Below are positions 1 through 8,321 of a stretch of DNA of 64,000 nt, in pieces. The DNA is from an uncultured Pseudomonadota bacterium. Its GTDB lineage: Bacteria > Pseudomonadota > Alphaproteobacteria > Acetobacterales > Acetobacteraceae. The stretch lies in assembly GCA_963829875.1 (NCBI GenBank), contig CAWHKR010000017.1, forward strand, positions 6,057 to 70,056, written 5' to 3'. Both the position numbers and the translations under genes were made by a program. The notes beneath the pieces are model-generated. The model had not been told where the DNA came from. It did no database searches and worked only from the letters and a program-made list of their open reading frames with translations. Each line of letters opens with the position of its first letter. Position 1 is the first letter of the stretch.

Positions 1-661
1 CCCGCCGCCGTCGGCGCCGCCGTTCCGGATCGTGCTGCACGCCCGCTACAACCCCGAGCAGGTGACCGCCCTCAACATCGTTCCGGGTCTGATCGCGGTG
101 ATCCTGACCATCTCCACCCTGGTGCTCACTTCGGTCGCCATCACGCGGGAACGCGAGACCGGCACGATGGAGAACCTGCTGGCGATGCCGGTGCGCCCGC
201 TCGAAGTGACGCTGGGCAAGATCATCCCCTACGTGGGGCTGGCCTATGTGCAGACGGTGCTGATCCTGTTCATGTCGGTGGCGGTGTTCGGAGTGCCGGT
301 GCGCGGGTCGGTGCTGCTGCTGCTGGGCGCGCTCGGGCTGTTCATCGCCTGCAACCTGGCGATGGGGCTGGCGTTCTCCACCATCGCGCGGACCCAGATG
401 CAGGCGCAGCAGATGGCGCAGTTCGCCTTCCTGCCGAGCATGCTGCTGTCGGGGTTTCTGTATCCGTTCGCCGGGATGCCGGCCTGGGCGCGGGCCATCG
501 GGGAATGCCTGCCGATCACCCACGCGCTGCGAATCTGCCGCGGCATCCTGCTGAAAGGCAACGGACCGGCCGAAATCTGGCCCGACCTGTGGCCCATGGC
601 CGCCTTCGCGCTTGTGGTCGGCGCCATCGCCGTGCGCATGTACCGCGAGACGCTGGACTGA
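1..661 (+). CDS. ABC-2 type transporter permease, C-terminal part (5' end lies outside the window)
   Basis: The reading frame is open from the window edge (...FRIVLHARYNPEQVTALNIVPGLIAVIL...). The translation is multi-TM with the ABC-2/YhhJ-YbhS-like segment TRERETGTMENLLAMPV. Stop at 659-661. Confidence 0.8.
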   Translation, partial: PPPSAPPFRIVLHARYNPEQVTALNIVPGLIAVILTISTLVLTSVAITRERETGTMENLLAMPVRPLEVTLGKIIPYVGLAYVQTVLILFMSVAVFGVPVRGSVLLLLGALGLFIACNLAMGLAFSTIARTQMQAQQMAQFAFLPSMLLSGFLYPFAGMPAWARAIGECLPITHALRICRGILLKGNGPAEIWPDLWPMAAFALVVGAIAVRMYRETLD

Positions 662-700
662 ACCCTGTCGGCCGTGGGGGGCGGGGTCCGGCAAGAAAGT

Positions 701-730
701 AAGGCCAGGGGGCAGCTGCCCCCTGGCCTT
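701..730. terminator. Perfect 30-bp GC-rich palindrome, probably a bidirectional terminator; copy 1 of a REP-like hairpin family
   Basis: AAGGCCAGGGGGCAGCTGCCCCCTGGCCTT, with flanking AGAAAG/CTTTCT extending the stem. It lies between the convergent stops at 661 and 753. Related copies are at 4408-4433 and 42566-42593. Confidence 0.6.
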
Positions 731-752
731 GCTTTCTGGACGGCCCCGTTCC

Positions 753-1736
753 CTACAGCGACAGCTTCAAGGCCGCGGCGATTTCGCCGACGATGCCGCG
801 GCGGAAGGCGAGGACGCAGACCACGAAGACGGCTCCTTGGGTAACGGTGACCCAGGAGCCGAACTGCGCCAGGTAGTTTTCCATCGAGGTGGTCAGCACC
901 GCGCCGACCACCGGTCCGAACACGGTGCCGAGCCCGCCGAGCAGGGTGGTGAGGACCACTTCGCCCGAGCGGGCGGAGCCTACTCCGTCCAGGGTGGCGA
1001 TGCCGAACACCACGGCGCTGGTGGCTCCGGCGATGCCCGAGAGGAAGGTGGAGAGCACGAAGGCGATCAGTTTGTAGTCCTGCGTGCGGTAGCCGAGCGA
1101 GGTGGCGCGCGGCTCGTTTTCCCGGATCGCTTTCAGGACCTGGCCGAAGGGGGAGTGGATGACGCGGTGGATCAGCAGGAAGCCGGCCAGGAAGATGCCC
1201 GCGGTGAGCCAGTACATCGTCATGTCGTGTCGCAGCGAGAAGATCCCGAAGGCGGTGCCGCGGGGCACCTGCTGGATGCCGTCCTCGCCGCCGGTGAACG
1301 GCGCCTCGACGCAGAAGAAATAGACCATCTGGGCGAGCGCCAGGGTGATCATGGCGAAGTAGATGCCCGAGCGGCGGATCGCCAGGTAGCCGAGCGCGAG
1401 GCCGAGCAGCCCGCCCGCGGCGCCGCCGATCAGGATCGCGACCACCGCATCGACGTGCCAGAACTTCAGGGTCCAGGCGCCGAGATAGGCGCCCATGCCG
1501 TAGAACGCGGCATGTCCGAAGGACAGCAGGCCGACGTAGCCGATCATCAGGTTGAAGGCGCAGGCGAACAGCGCCGCGGTCAGGACCCGCATCAGGAAGA
1601 TCGGGTAGAGCACGTACGGCAGCACGGCGATCGCCGCCACCAGGATCACGAAGCCGATTGCCTGGGACCGGCTGAAGCCGAACAGGCCGGGGCGGGACGC
1701 GGCGACGGTCGCGGGTGCGGAGGAGACGGACATCAA
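753..1736 (-). CDS. livM: Branched-chain amino acid ABC transporter permease (LivM-like)
   Basis: 327-aa polytopic membrane protein with LivM-type motifs (GYVGLLSFGHAAFYGMGAY, VGSARSGEVVLTTLLGGLGTVFGP). Its start overlaps the livH-like stop by 4 nt. Confidence 0.85.
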   Translation of the reverse strand: MMSVSSAPATVAASRPGLFGFSRSQAIGFVILVAAIAVLPYVLYPIFLMRVLTAALFACAFNLMIGYVGLLSFGHAAFYGMGAYLGAWTLKFWHVDAVVAILIGGAAGGLLGLALGYLAIRRSGIYFAMITLALAQMVYFFCVEAPFTGGEDGIQQVPRGTAFGIFSLRHDMTMYWLTAGIFLAGFLLIHRVIHSPFGQVLKAIRENEPRATSLGYRTQDYKLIAFVLSTFLSGIAGATSAVVFGIATLDGVGSARSGEVVLTTLLGGLGTVFGPVVGAVLTTSMENYLAQFGSWVTVTQGAVFVVCVLAFRRGIVGEIAAALKLSL

Positions 1737-2620
1737 GCGGTCTTTCCGAACAGGCCGCGGGGCAGGAACAGCAGCACGATCACCATCACCAGGAAGATCA
1801 CCGTGGCCGAGGCCTGCGGGTAGAACACTTTGGTGAGGCCCTCGATCACGCCGAGGCCGAAGCCGCTGATGATCGAGCCCAGGATCGAGCCCATCCCCCC
1901 GATCACCACGATGGCGAACACCGTATTGATGAAATTGTCCCCCATGCCGGGGTTCACCGAGTAGATCGGCGCTGCCAGGACGCCGGCAAAGGCGGCCAGC
2001 GCCACGCCGCAGCCGTAGGTGATGGTGATCAGCCGCGGCACGTTCACCCCGAAGGCGCGCACCATGGCCGGGTTCTCGGTGGCCGCGCGCAGCCGGGCGC
2101 CGAGGAACGTCTTTTCGATGATGATCCAGGTGGCGAGGCAGACCACCAGCGCGGCGAGCACCACCCAGCCGCGGTAGATCGGCAGGTACATGAACCCGAG
2201 ATTGACCGCACCCTGCAGCACGGGGGGGATATCGTAAGGCATGCCGGAGCTGCCGTAGTAGTTGCGGAACAGCCCCTCGATCACCAGGGCGAGGCCGAAG
2301 GTCAGCAGCAGGCCGTACAGGTGATCGAGCTTGTAGAGCTGGCTGATCAGCGTGCGTTCCAGCACGATCCCGAAGATGCCGATCAGGATCGGCGACAGGA
2401 TCAGCGAAGGGAAATATCCGATCCCGAGGTAGTGCAGCAGGATCCAGGCCGCGAAGGCGCCCATCATGAACAGCGCGCCGTGCGCGAAGTTGATGATGTT
2501 CAGCATGCCGAAGATGATCGACAGGCCGAGCGCCAGCATGGCGTAGAACGCCCCGTTGATCAGCCCGAGCAGCAACTGGCCGAACAGCAGCGGGGCAGGG
2601 ATGCCGAAGATCATCATCAT
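1733..2620 (-). CDS. livH: Branched-chain amino acid ABC transporter permease (LivH-like)
   Basis: 295-aa membrane protein with GLINGAFYAMLALGLSIIFGMLNIINFAHGALFMMGAF, typical of LivH. Confidence 0.85.
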   Translation of the reverse strand: MMMIFGIPAPLLFGQLLLGLINGAFYAMLALGLSIIFGMLNIINFAHGALFMMGAFAAWILLHYLGIGYFPSLILSPILIGIFGIVLERTLISQLYKLDHLYGLLLTFGLALVIEGLFRNYYGSSGMPYDIPPVLQGAVNLGFMYLPIYRGWVVLAALVVCLATWIIIEKTFLGARLRAATENPAMVRAFGVNVPRLITITYGCGVALAAFAGVLAAPIYSVNPGMGDNFINTVFAIVVIGGMGSILGSIISGFGLGVIEGLTKVFYPQASATVIFLVMVIVLLFLPRGLFGKTA

Positions 2621-2650
2621 GGCGAGAATATCCTGAGACAGGCGGGCCGG

Positions 2651-3338
<688 letters not shown>

Positions 3339-3346
<8 letters not shown>

Positions 3347-4106
3347 GGATCGGCTCCGGTGCGTCCGAGCCGAGATAGGCCTCGATAACCTCGGGGTGGC
3401 GCGAGACGGTGGCGTAATCCCCTTCCGCCAATACCCGCCCGCGGGTGAGGACGGTGATGGTGTCGCACAGACCTTCCACTACCGAAAGATTATGCTCGAC
3501 CATCAGGATGGTCCGCCCGCCGCGGATCGAGCGGATCAGTTCCACCACCCGATCGACATCGGCGTGCGTCATCCCCGCGGTGGGCTCGTCGAGCAGCAGC
3601 ATCTCGGGGTCGAGCGCCAGGGTGGTGGCGATCTCGAGCGCGCGCTTCTGGCCGTAGGCGAGCTGGCCCGCGGTGGTGTCGGCGAAGCCGGACAGGCCGA
3701 CGTCGAACAACAGCTGGTGCGCCCGGTCGTCGTAGCGGTGAAGAGCGGTTTCCGAGCGCCAGAAATCGAACGAATTGCCGCGGGCGCGCTGCAAGGCGAG
3801 GCGCACGTTTTCCAGCGCCGACAGCTTGGGGAACACCGCCGAGATCTGGAAGCTGCGCACGAGCCCGAGCCGCGCGACCTGGGCCGGTTTGAGCCCGGTG
3901 ATATCGCGTCCCTTGAAACGGATGTGACCCCGTGTCGGCTGCAGGAACTTGGTCAGCAGGTTGAAGCAGGTGGTCTTGCCGGCGCCGTTCGGGCCGATCA
4001 GCGCGTGGATCGTGCCCGTGCGCACGCGCAGCGCCACGTCGTCCACCGCGACGAAGCCGCTGAACTCCTTCGTCAGGCCGGCGGTTTCCAGGATGTTGTC
4101 GGCCAC
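3339..4106 (-). CDS. livG: Branched-chain amino acid ABC transporter ATP-binding protein (LivG-like)
   Basis: Walker A GPNGAGKTT, signature QLAYGQKRALEIATTL, Walker B LLLDEPTAGM. I prefer the GTG start at 4106 (VADNILETAGLTKEF) with GAGGGG about 10 nt upstream. The 78 aa upstream in the ORF track are low-complexity. Confidence 0.8.
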
Positions 4107-4218
4107 AGGTGGACGTGCCCCTCGTTTGCAGTTTGCTGTCTCCCGAGCGGGGCAGATTGCATATCGGCCGGAAAGGCGCAAGATCGACGTTTGTCGACAC
4201 GATGGTGCCAGGACCCCC

Positions 4219-4390
4219 ATGCGACCGCGAAGCCCGCTGTTCGCGCCCGGGGATGCGCCGCGGAAACTCCCCAAAGCGATCGATTGGGCCGCGGACGCGG
4301 TGATCCTCGATCTTGAGGATTTGGTCGCGCCGCCGGCCAAGCCGGAGGCGCGGATCGCGGGGGCGCGACGGCTGGCGGCCCGTGCGCCGC
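4219..4390 (+). pseudogene. N-terminal remnant (~55 aa) of an HpcH/HpaI aldolase or citrate-lyase beta (CitE)-like gene
   Basis: MRPRSPLFAPGDAPRKLPKAIDWAADAVILDLEDLVAPPAKPEARIAGARRLAA matches the conserved CitE/HpcH N-terminus (LFVPGD...K......ADAVILDLEDAVAP..K..AR). Similarity ends where the ORF runs into the hairpin at 4408-4433 and then the antisense of the kinase gene. Confidence 0.5.
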
Positions 4391-4407
4391 GGTGGGGTGG
4401 GGCACGT

Positions 4408-4433
4408 AAGGCCGGGGGGCAGCCCCCTGGCCT
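4408..4433. terminator. GC-rich hairpin, copy 2 of the REP-like family; probable terminator of the marR-RR-HK operon
   Basis: AAGGCCGGGGGGCAGCCCCCTGGCCT lies immediately downstream of the kinase stop at 4451 on the minus strand. It shares the GGCC(A/G)GGGGG...CCCCTGGCC core with 701-730. Confidence 0.5.
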
Positions 4434-4450
4434 CGCTTCCTTTCCCGCCC

Positions 4451-5785
4451 CTACACCGGCAGCCGGATGCGGGCGCGGAGGCCGCCGAGGGGGCTGTCTT
4501 CCAGCACGATTTCGCCGCCGTGGGCGCGCACGATGTCGCGGGCGATCGTGAGGCCGAGGCCGGTGCCGCCGGTGCTGTCGCTTTCGAACGGGCGGAACAC
4601 GCTTTCGCGGCGTTCGGGGGGGATGCCGGGTCCGTCGTCGTCGACGGTCACCAGCACGCTGCGTCCGCCCATGGGGACGGCGGTCAGCACCACGTGCCGT
4701 GCGTGGCGGCGCGCATTGTCGACCAGGTTGGTCAGTGCCCGCCGGACCGCATCGGCGCGCAGGCGCAACGGCAGGGTTTCCGGCGCGTCGACGTCCACCC
4801 GCGCGCCGGCGCGGCGGGCGTCGGTGGCGACGTCCTCGAGCAGGGTGGTGAGGTCGGCGGGTTCGGCCTGTTCGATGCCCTCGCCGCGGGCGAAGGCGAG
4901 GTAGGCTTCGATCATCCGCTCCATCTCGCCGACGTCGGCAGTGATTTCGGCGACGTCGTCGGCCTGTTCGGGGCGCACCGGCAGCATGGCGAGCGCGAGG
5001 CGCATGCGCGTCAGCGGCGTGCGCAGGTCGTGCGACACGCCGGCGAGCATTTCGGTGCGCTGGGCCAGGAAGCGGCGGATGCGTTCCTGCATCCGGTTGA
5101 AGGCGGTGGCGGCGCGCCGCACTTCCACCGCGCCTTCAGGGCGGATCGGCCCAGGGTCGCGGCCGATCCCGAACGCCTCGACCGCATCGGCGAGCCGGCG
5201 GATGCCGCGCACCTGGTTGCGCATGAACAGGGCGGCAATGCCGAACAGCAGCGCCGAGGTGCCGACCAGCCAGCCCACGAACAGCCAGATGGTGCCGAGA
5301 TCGACCCGTTTGCGCGGGGCCAGGACGTCCATCACCCCGTCGGGAAGTTGCACCCGGATCAACACGGCCTGGGGATCGTAGGTCCAGTCCAGGCTGAACT
5401 GTTCCCGCAGGGTCTGGCGCAGCGCCTTGTCCAGGTCGTCGTCCATCGGGCCGAGCACGTTGACCCGGGTTCCGGTATGGCGCAGCACCGCGCCCGGCTG
5501 CAGCCGCAGCCTGATGTCGAACTCGCGTTGCGCCATCGCGACGACCCAGGCGCGGCGAGAGGGATCCGGTTCACGCCTGATCAGTTCGAGAGAGAAATTG
5601 ATCTCCCCGGCCAGGCTGTCCGACAGCCGGCGGTACACGAGGTTGAGGTGGCTGCCGTAGTAGATTTGCAGCGCGACCGCCTGCAGCAGCACCAGCGGGA
5701 TCAGGATCATCAGCAGGCTGCGCCCGAGCAGGGAGCGCGGCAACGCCCGCTTGACCGCCCGGTGGAACGGCAGGGAGATACGCAT
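4451..5785 (-). CDS. Two-component sensor histidine kinase (EnvZ-like: two TM segments, HAMP, HisKA, HATPase_c)
   Basis: H-box SHDLRTPLTRMRL and ATPase motifs NLVDNARRHA, DDDGPGIPP, GTGLGLTIARDIV. The ATG at 5785 directly abuts the response-regulator stop. Confidence 0.85.
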   Translation of the reverse strand: MRISLPFHRAVKRALPRSLLGRSLLMILIPLVLLQAVALQIYYGSHLNLVYRRLSDSLAGEINFSLELIRREPDPSRRAWVVAMAQREFDIRLRLQPGAVLRHTGTRVNVLGPMDDDLDKALRQTLREQFSLDWTYDPQAVLIRVQLPDGVMDVLAPRKRVDLGTIWLFVGWLVGTSALLFGIAALFMRNQVRGIRRLADAVEAFGIGRDPGPIRPEGAVEVRRAATAFNRMQERIRRFLAQRTEMLAGVSHDLRTPLTRMRLALAMLPVRPEQADDVAEITADVGEMERMIEAYLAFARGEGIEQAEPADLTTLLEDVATDARRAGARVDVDAPETLPLRLRADAVRRALTNLVDNARRHARHVVLTAVPMGGRSVLVTVDDDGPGIPPERRESVFRPFESDSTGGTGLGLTIARDIVRAHGGEIVLEDSPLGGLRARIRLPV

Positions 5786-6481
5786 TCAGCTCCCTGGCTT
5801 CAGGACGTAGCCGCGGCCGCGCACGGTGTGCAGGAAGCGCGGCTCGCGCGGGTCGGACTCGATCTTGCGCCGTAGCCGGGTCACCTGCACGTCGATCGCA
5901 CGCTCTCCGGCATCGTCCATCCCAAGCGCGGCGGCGATCGCTTCGCGCGACAGCACCTCGTTCGGTTGGTGGATCAGCGCGGCGAGCAGCGCTGCCTCGC
6001 CGCCGGTCAGGCGGATCGCCCCGTCGGGGCCGCGCAACTCGCCGCGGGACGGATCGAACACCAGCGGCCCCAGGCTGACCGGCGCGGTGGCGGCGAGGGC
6101 AGGGGGGGCGGCGCGGCGCAGCAGCGCCTTGATGCGCAACACAAGTTCGAGCGGCTCGAACGGCTTGCCGAGGTAGTCGTCCGCCCCGGCCTCGAACCCG
6201 GCGATGCGGTCTTCCGGCGCCCCGCGCGCGGTCAGCAGGAGCACCGGCAGCTCGCCCGGGTGTTCGTTGCGCAGCGCGGCGGTGAGGTCGAGGCCGCTTT
6301 CCCCCGGCATCATCACGTCCAGCACCAGCAGGTCGGGGCTGACCGAGCGCAGCCGGGCGCGGGCTTCGGCGGCGTCCGCGGCGGTGGTGACCCGAAACCC
6401 GCGCTCGGCCAGGTAGCGCGAGAGCAGCGCGCGCAGCCGCGCGTCGTCATCGACCACGAGGATGTGCGCGTCCTCGGTCAT
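5786..6481 (-). CDS. OmpR-family response regulator
   Basis: Receiver domain (ILVVDDD...LLVLDVMMPG...LLLTARG) plus a winged-helix output (IDVQVTRLRRKIE...LHTVRGRGYVL). Confidence 0.9.
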   Translation of the reverse strand: MTEDAHILVVDDDARLRALLSRYLAERGFRVTTAADAAEARARLRSVSPDLLVLDVMMPGESGLDLTAALRNEHPGELPVLLLTARGAPEDRIAGFEAGADDYLGKPFEPLELVLRIKALLRRAAPPALAATAPVSLGPLVFDPSRGELRGPDGAIRLTGGEAALLAALIHQPNEVLSREAIAAALGMDDAGERAIDVQVTRLRRKIESDPREPRFLHTVRGRGYVLKPGS

Positions 6482-6488
6482 CGGCCGG

Positions 6489-7046
6489 TCAGCTGCCGCC
6501 GGGGCGGCCCGGCGGGGCGTCCGCGTGATCGAGGTAGGATCGTGCCGAGCCGTTCATGATCGCGCGCATCACCCGGCGGAAGCCATCGACCGCCGGGCCT
6601 CCGGCCTCCCGATAGGCGGCCGCAAGCCGGTCCCGCTGGCGTTCGAACAGGCGTCGTTCCAGCGCCGCGCCGGCCGGGGTGAGGGTCAGCAGGCGCTGGC
6701 GGCGGTCGGACCGGCCGGGCGCTTGCGCCACGTAGCCGCGCAGGACGAGGACGCTCAGCACCCGGGCCAGGCTCTGTTTGGTGATGCGCAGCAGTGCCAG
6801 CAGGTCGGAGACGGTGATGCCGGGATTGCGGCCGATGAAGTGCAGCGCCCTGTGGTGCGCGCGGCCCAGGCCGAGTTCATCGAGGATCAGGTCGGCGGCA
6901 TTGGTGAAGTCACGATAGGCGAAGAACATCAGGTCCTGGGCGAGGCGGATTTCCTCCTCCCGCAGGAACAGCAGGCCGGCGCCGGCGGCCGGCGGGTGCT
7001 TCGGCTCAGGCGGCGGCGGGGCGGCGGGGCGGTGTGCGGCACTCAT
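6489..7046 (-). CDS. MarR-family transcriptional regulator
   Basis: Winged-HTH pattern GITVSDLLALLRITKQSLARVLSVLVLRGYV...DRRQRLLTLTPAG. Its stop is 8 nt upstream of the response-regulator start on the same strand. Confidence 0.8.
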   Translation of the reverse strand: MSAAHRPAAPPPPEPKHPPAAGAGLLFLREEEIRLAQDLMFFAYRDFTNAADLILDELGLGRAHHRALHFIGRNPGITVSDLLALLRITKQSLARVLSVLVLRGYVAQAPGRSDRRQRLLTLTPAGAALERRLFERQRDRLAAAYREAGGPAVDGFRRVMRAIMNGSARSYLDHADAPPGRPGGS

Positions 7047-7211
7047 AGGCAGACCCCAGGATACCCACCTTGGAGCGATCGTCGGGAGGCGGCGCCCATC
7101 GGATCGGGCATGGCAGGCATTCCTTGGTTTTCCGGCAGGGTTGTTGACGTATATGACTGGCTATTATACCTTGCCCCTGGCTAGAGCAACAAAATTGCGA
7201 GGATCGCTCCC

Positions 7212-8111
7212 ATGGCGTTGGTTCCGTTCGACGACCGTGACGGCTTCATCTGGTGGGACGGCGCCCTGGTGCCGTGGCGGGAGGCGAAGCTGCACGTGCT
7301 GTCGCACGGGCTGCATTATGCCTCGGCCGTGTTCGAAGGCGAACGGGCGTACAGCGGGCACATCTTCCGGCTGCGTGCGCACACCGACCGGCTGATCAAT
7401 TCCGGGCGCATCCTGGGCTTCGAGATTCCGTACACGGCCGAGCAGATCGACGCCGCCTGCTATGAGACCTTGCGGGCCAACAACCTGACCGATGCCTATG
7501 TCCGTCCGCTCGCCTGGCGGGGGACGGAGATGCTGGCGGTTTCGGCGCAGCACACCAGGATCCATCTGGCGATCGCCACCTGGCAGTGGCCGAGCTATTT
7601 CGGCGCCGACCGGATGTCCGGCATCGGGCTCGGGATGGCGGAGTGGAAACGCCCGTCGCCGGAGACCGCGCCGACCGCGGCCAAGGCCACGGGGCTGTAC
7701 ATGATCGGCACCCTGTCGAAGCACAAGGCCGAGGCCGAAGGGTTTGCCGATGCGCTGATGCTGGACTGGCGCGGGCTGGTGGCGGAATCCACCGGGGCGA
7801 ACATCTTCTTCGTGTTTGACGGCGAGGTGCACACGCCCACCCCCGACTGCTTCCTGGATGGCATCACCCGGCGGTCGGTGATGGCGCTGGCGAAGCACCG
7901 GCAGATGAAAGTGGTGGAACGCCAGATCCGGCCGGAGGAGATGGCGCGCGCGAGCGAGGTGTTCCTGGCCGGCACGGCGGCGGAAGTGACGCCGGTGCGG
8001 GTGATCGGTGATCTGTCCTTCACCCCGGGCCGGATCAGCGAGACCTTGATGAGCGATTACGAGGCGCTGGTGCGCAAGGACCCGGCGGAGGTGGCGCGAA
8101 TCGTCGGGTAG
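7212..8111 (+). CDS. ilvE: Branched-chain amino acid aminotransferase (class IV)
   Basis: 299 aa with EAKLHVLSHGLHYASAVFEGERAY, AKATGLYMIG and GITRRSV, typical of IlvE. GAGGA lies 8 nt upstream of the ATG. Confidence 0.9.
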   Translation: MALVPFDDRDGFIWWDGALVPWREAKLHVLSHGLHYASAVFEGERAYSGHIFRLRAHTDRLINSGRILGFEIPYTAEQIDAACYETLRANNLTDAYVRPLAWRGTEMLAVSAQHTRIHLAIATWQWPSYFGADRMSGIGLGMAEWKRPSPETAPTAAKATGLYMIGTLSKHKAEAEGFADALMLDWRGLVAESTGANIFFVFDGEVHTPTPDCFLDGITRRSVMALAKHRQMKVVERQIRPEEMARASEVFLAGTAAEVTPVRVIGDLSFTPGRISETLMSDYEALVRKDPAEVARIVG

Positions 8112-8227
8112 GGGCGCCCGGCGCGGCGCCTGGTTCTTCGGTGCAGCCGTCGGAAGGCGGCTTGTGCCGGGTCGGTGCTTCGGATAGGAAAGCGGCGTGT
8201 CGCCGGTGGCGGCACGCTGTTGGCGTG

Positions 8228-8303
8228 GTCCCGTTCGTCTAGAGGCCTAGGACGCCGCCCTCTCACGGCGGCAACAGGGGTTCGAATCCCCTACGGGACG
8301 CCA
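8228..8303 (+). tRNA. tRNA-Glu (anticodon CUC), CCA encoded
   Basis: A 76-nt cloverleaf with acceptor stem GTCCCGT/ACGGGAC, anticodon stem CCGCC/GGCGG, loop CTCTCAC and T-arm GGGGTTCGAATCCCC. It is near-collinear with E. coli tRNA-Glu apart from the anticodon. Confidence 0.9.
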
Positions 8304-8321
8304 GCCTGGCACTTCCCGCCA

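Noticed and set aside
3949-4551. 200-aa plus-strand ORF as a complete gene.
   Set aside because: Only residues encoded by about 4219-4390 resemble a CitE/HpcH N-terminus. The rest crosses the livG start region, a hairpin and the antisense of the kinase gene. It is reported as a gene remnant.
7144-7170. Sigma-70-like promoter for ilvE (TTGACG ... TATTATACC).
   Set aside because: The spacing between the -35-like hexamer and any -10-like hexamer is only 12-15 nt by my count, which is suboptimal. It is not reported as a feature without transcription start site data.
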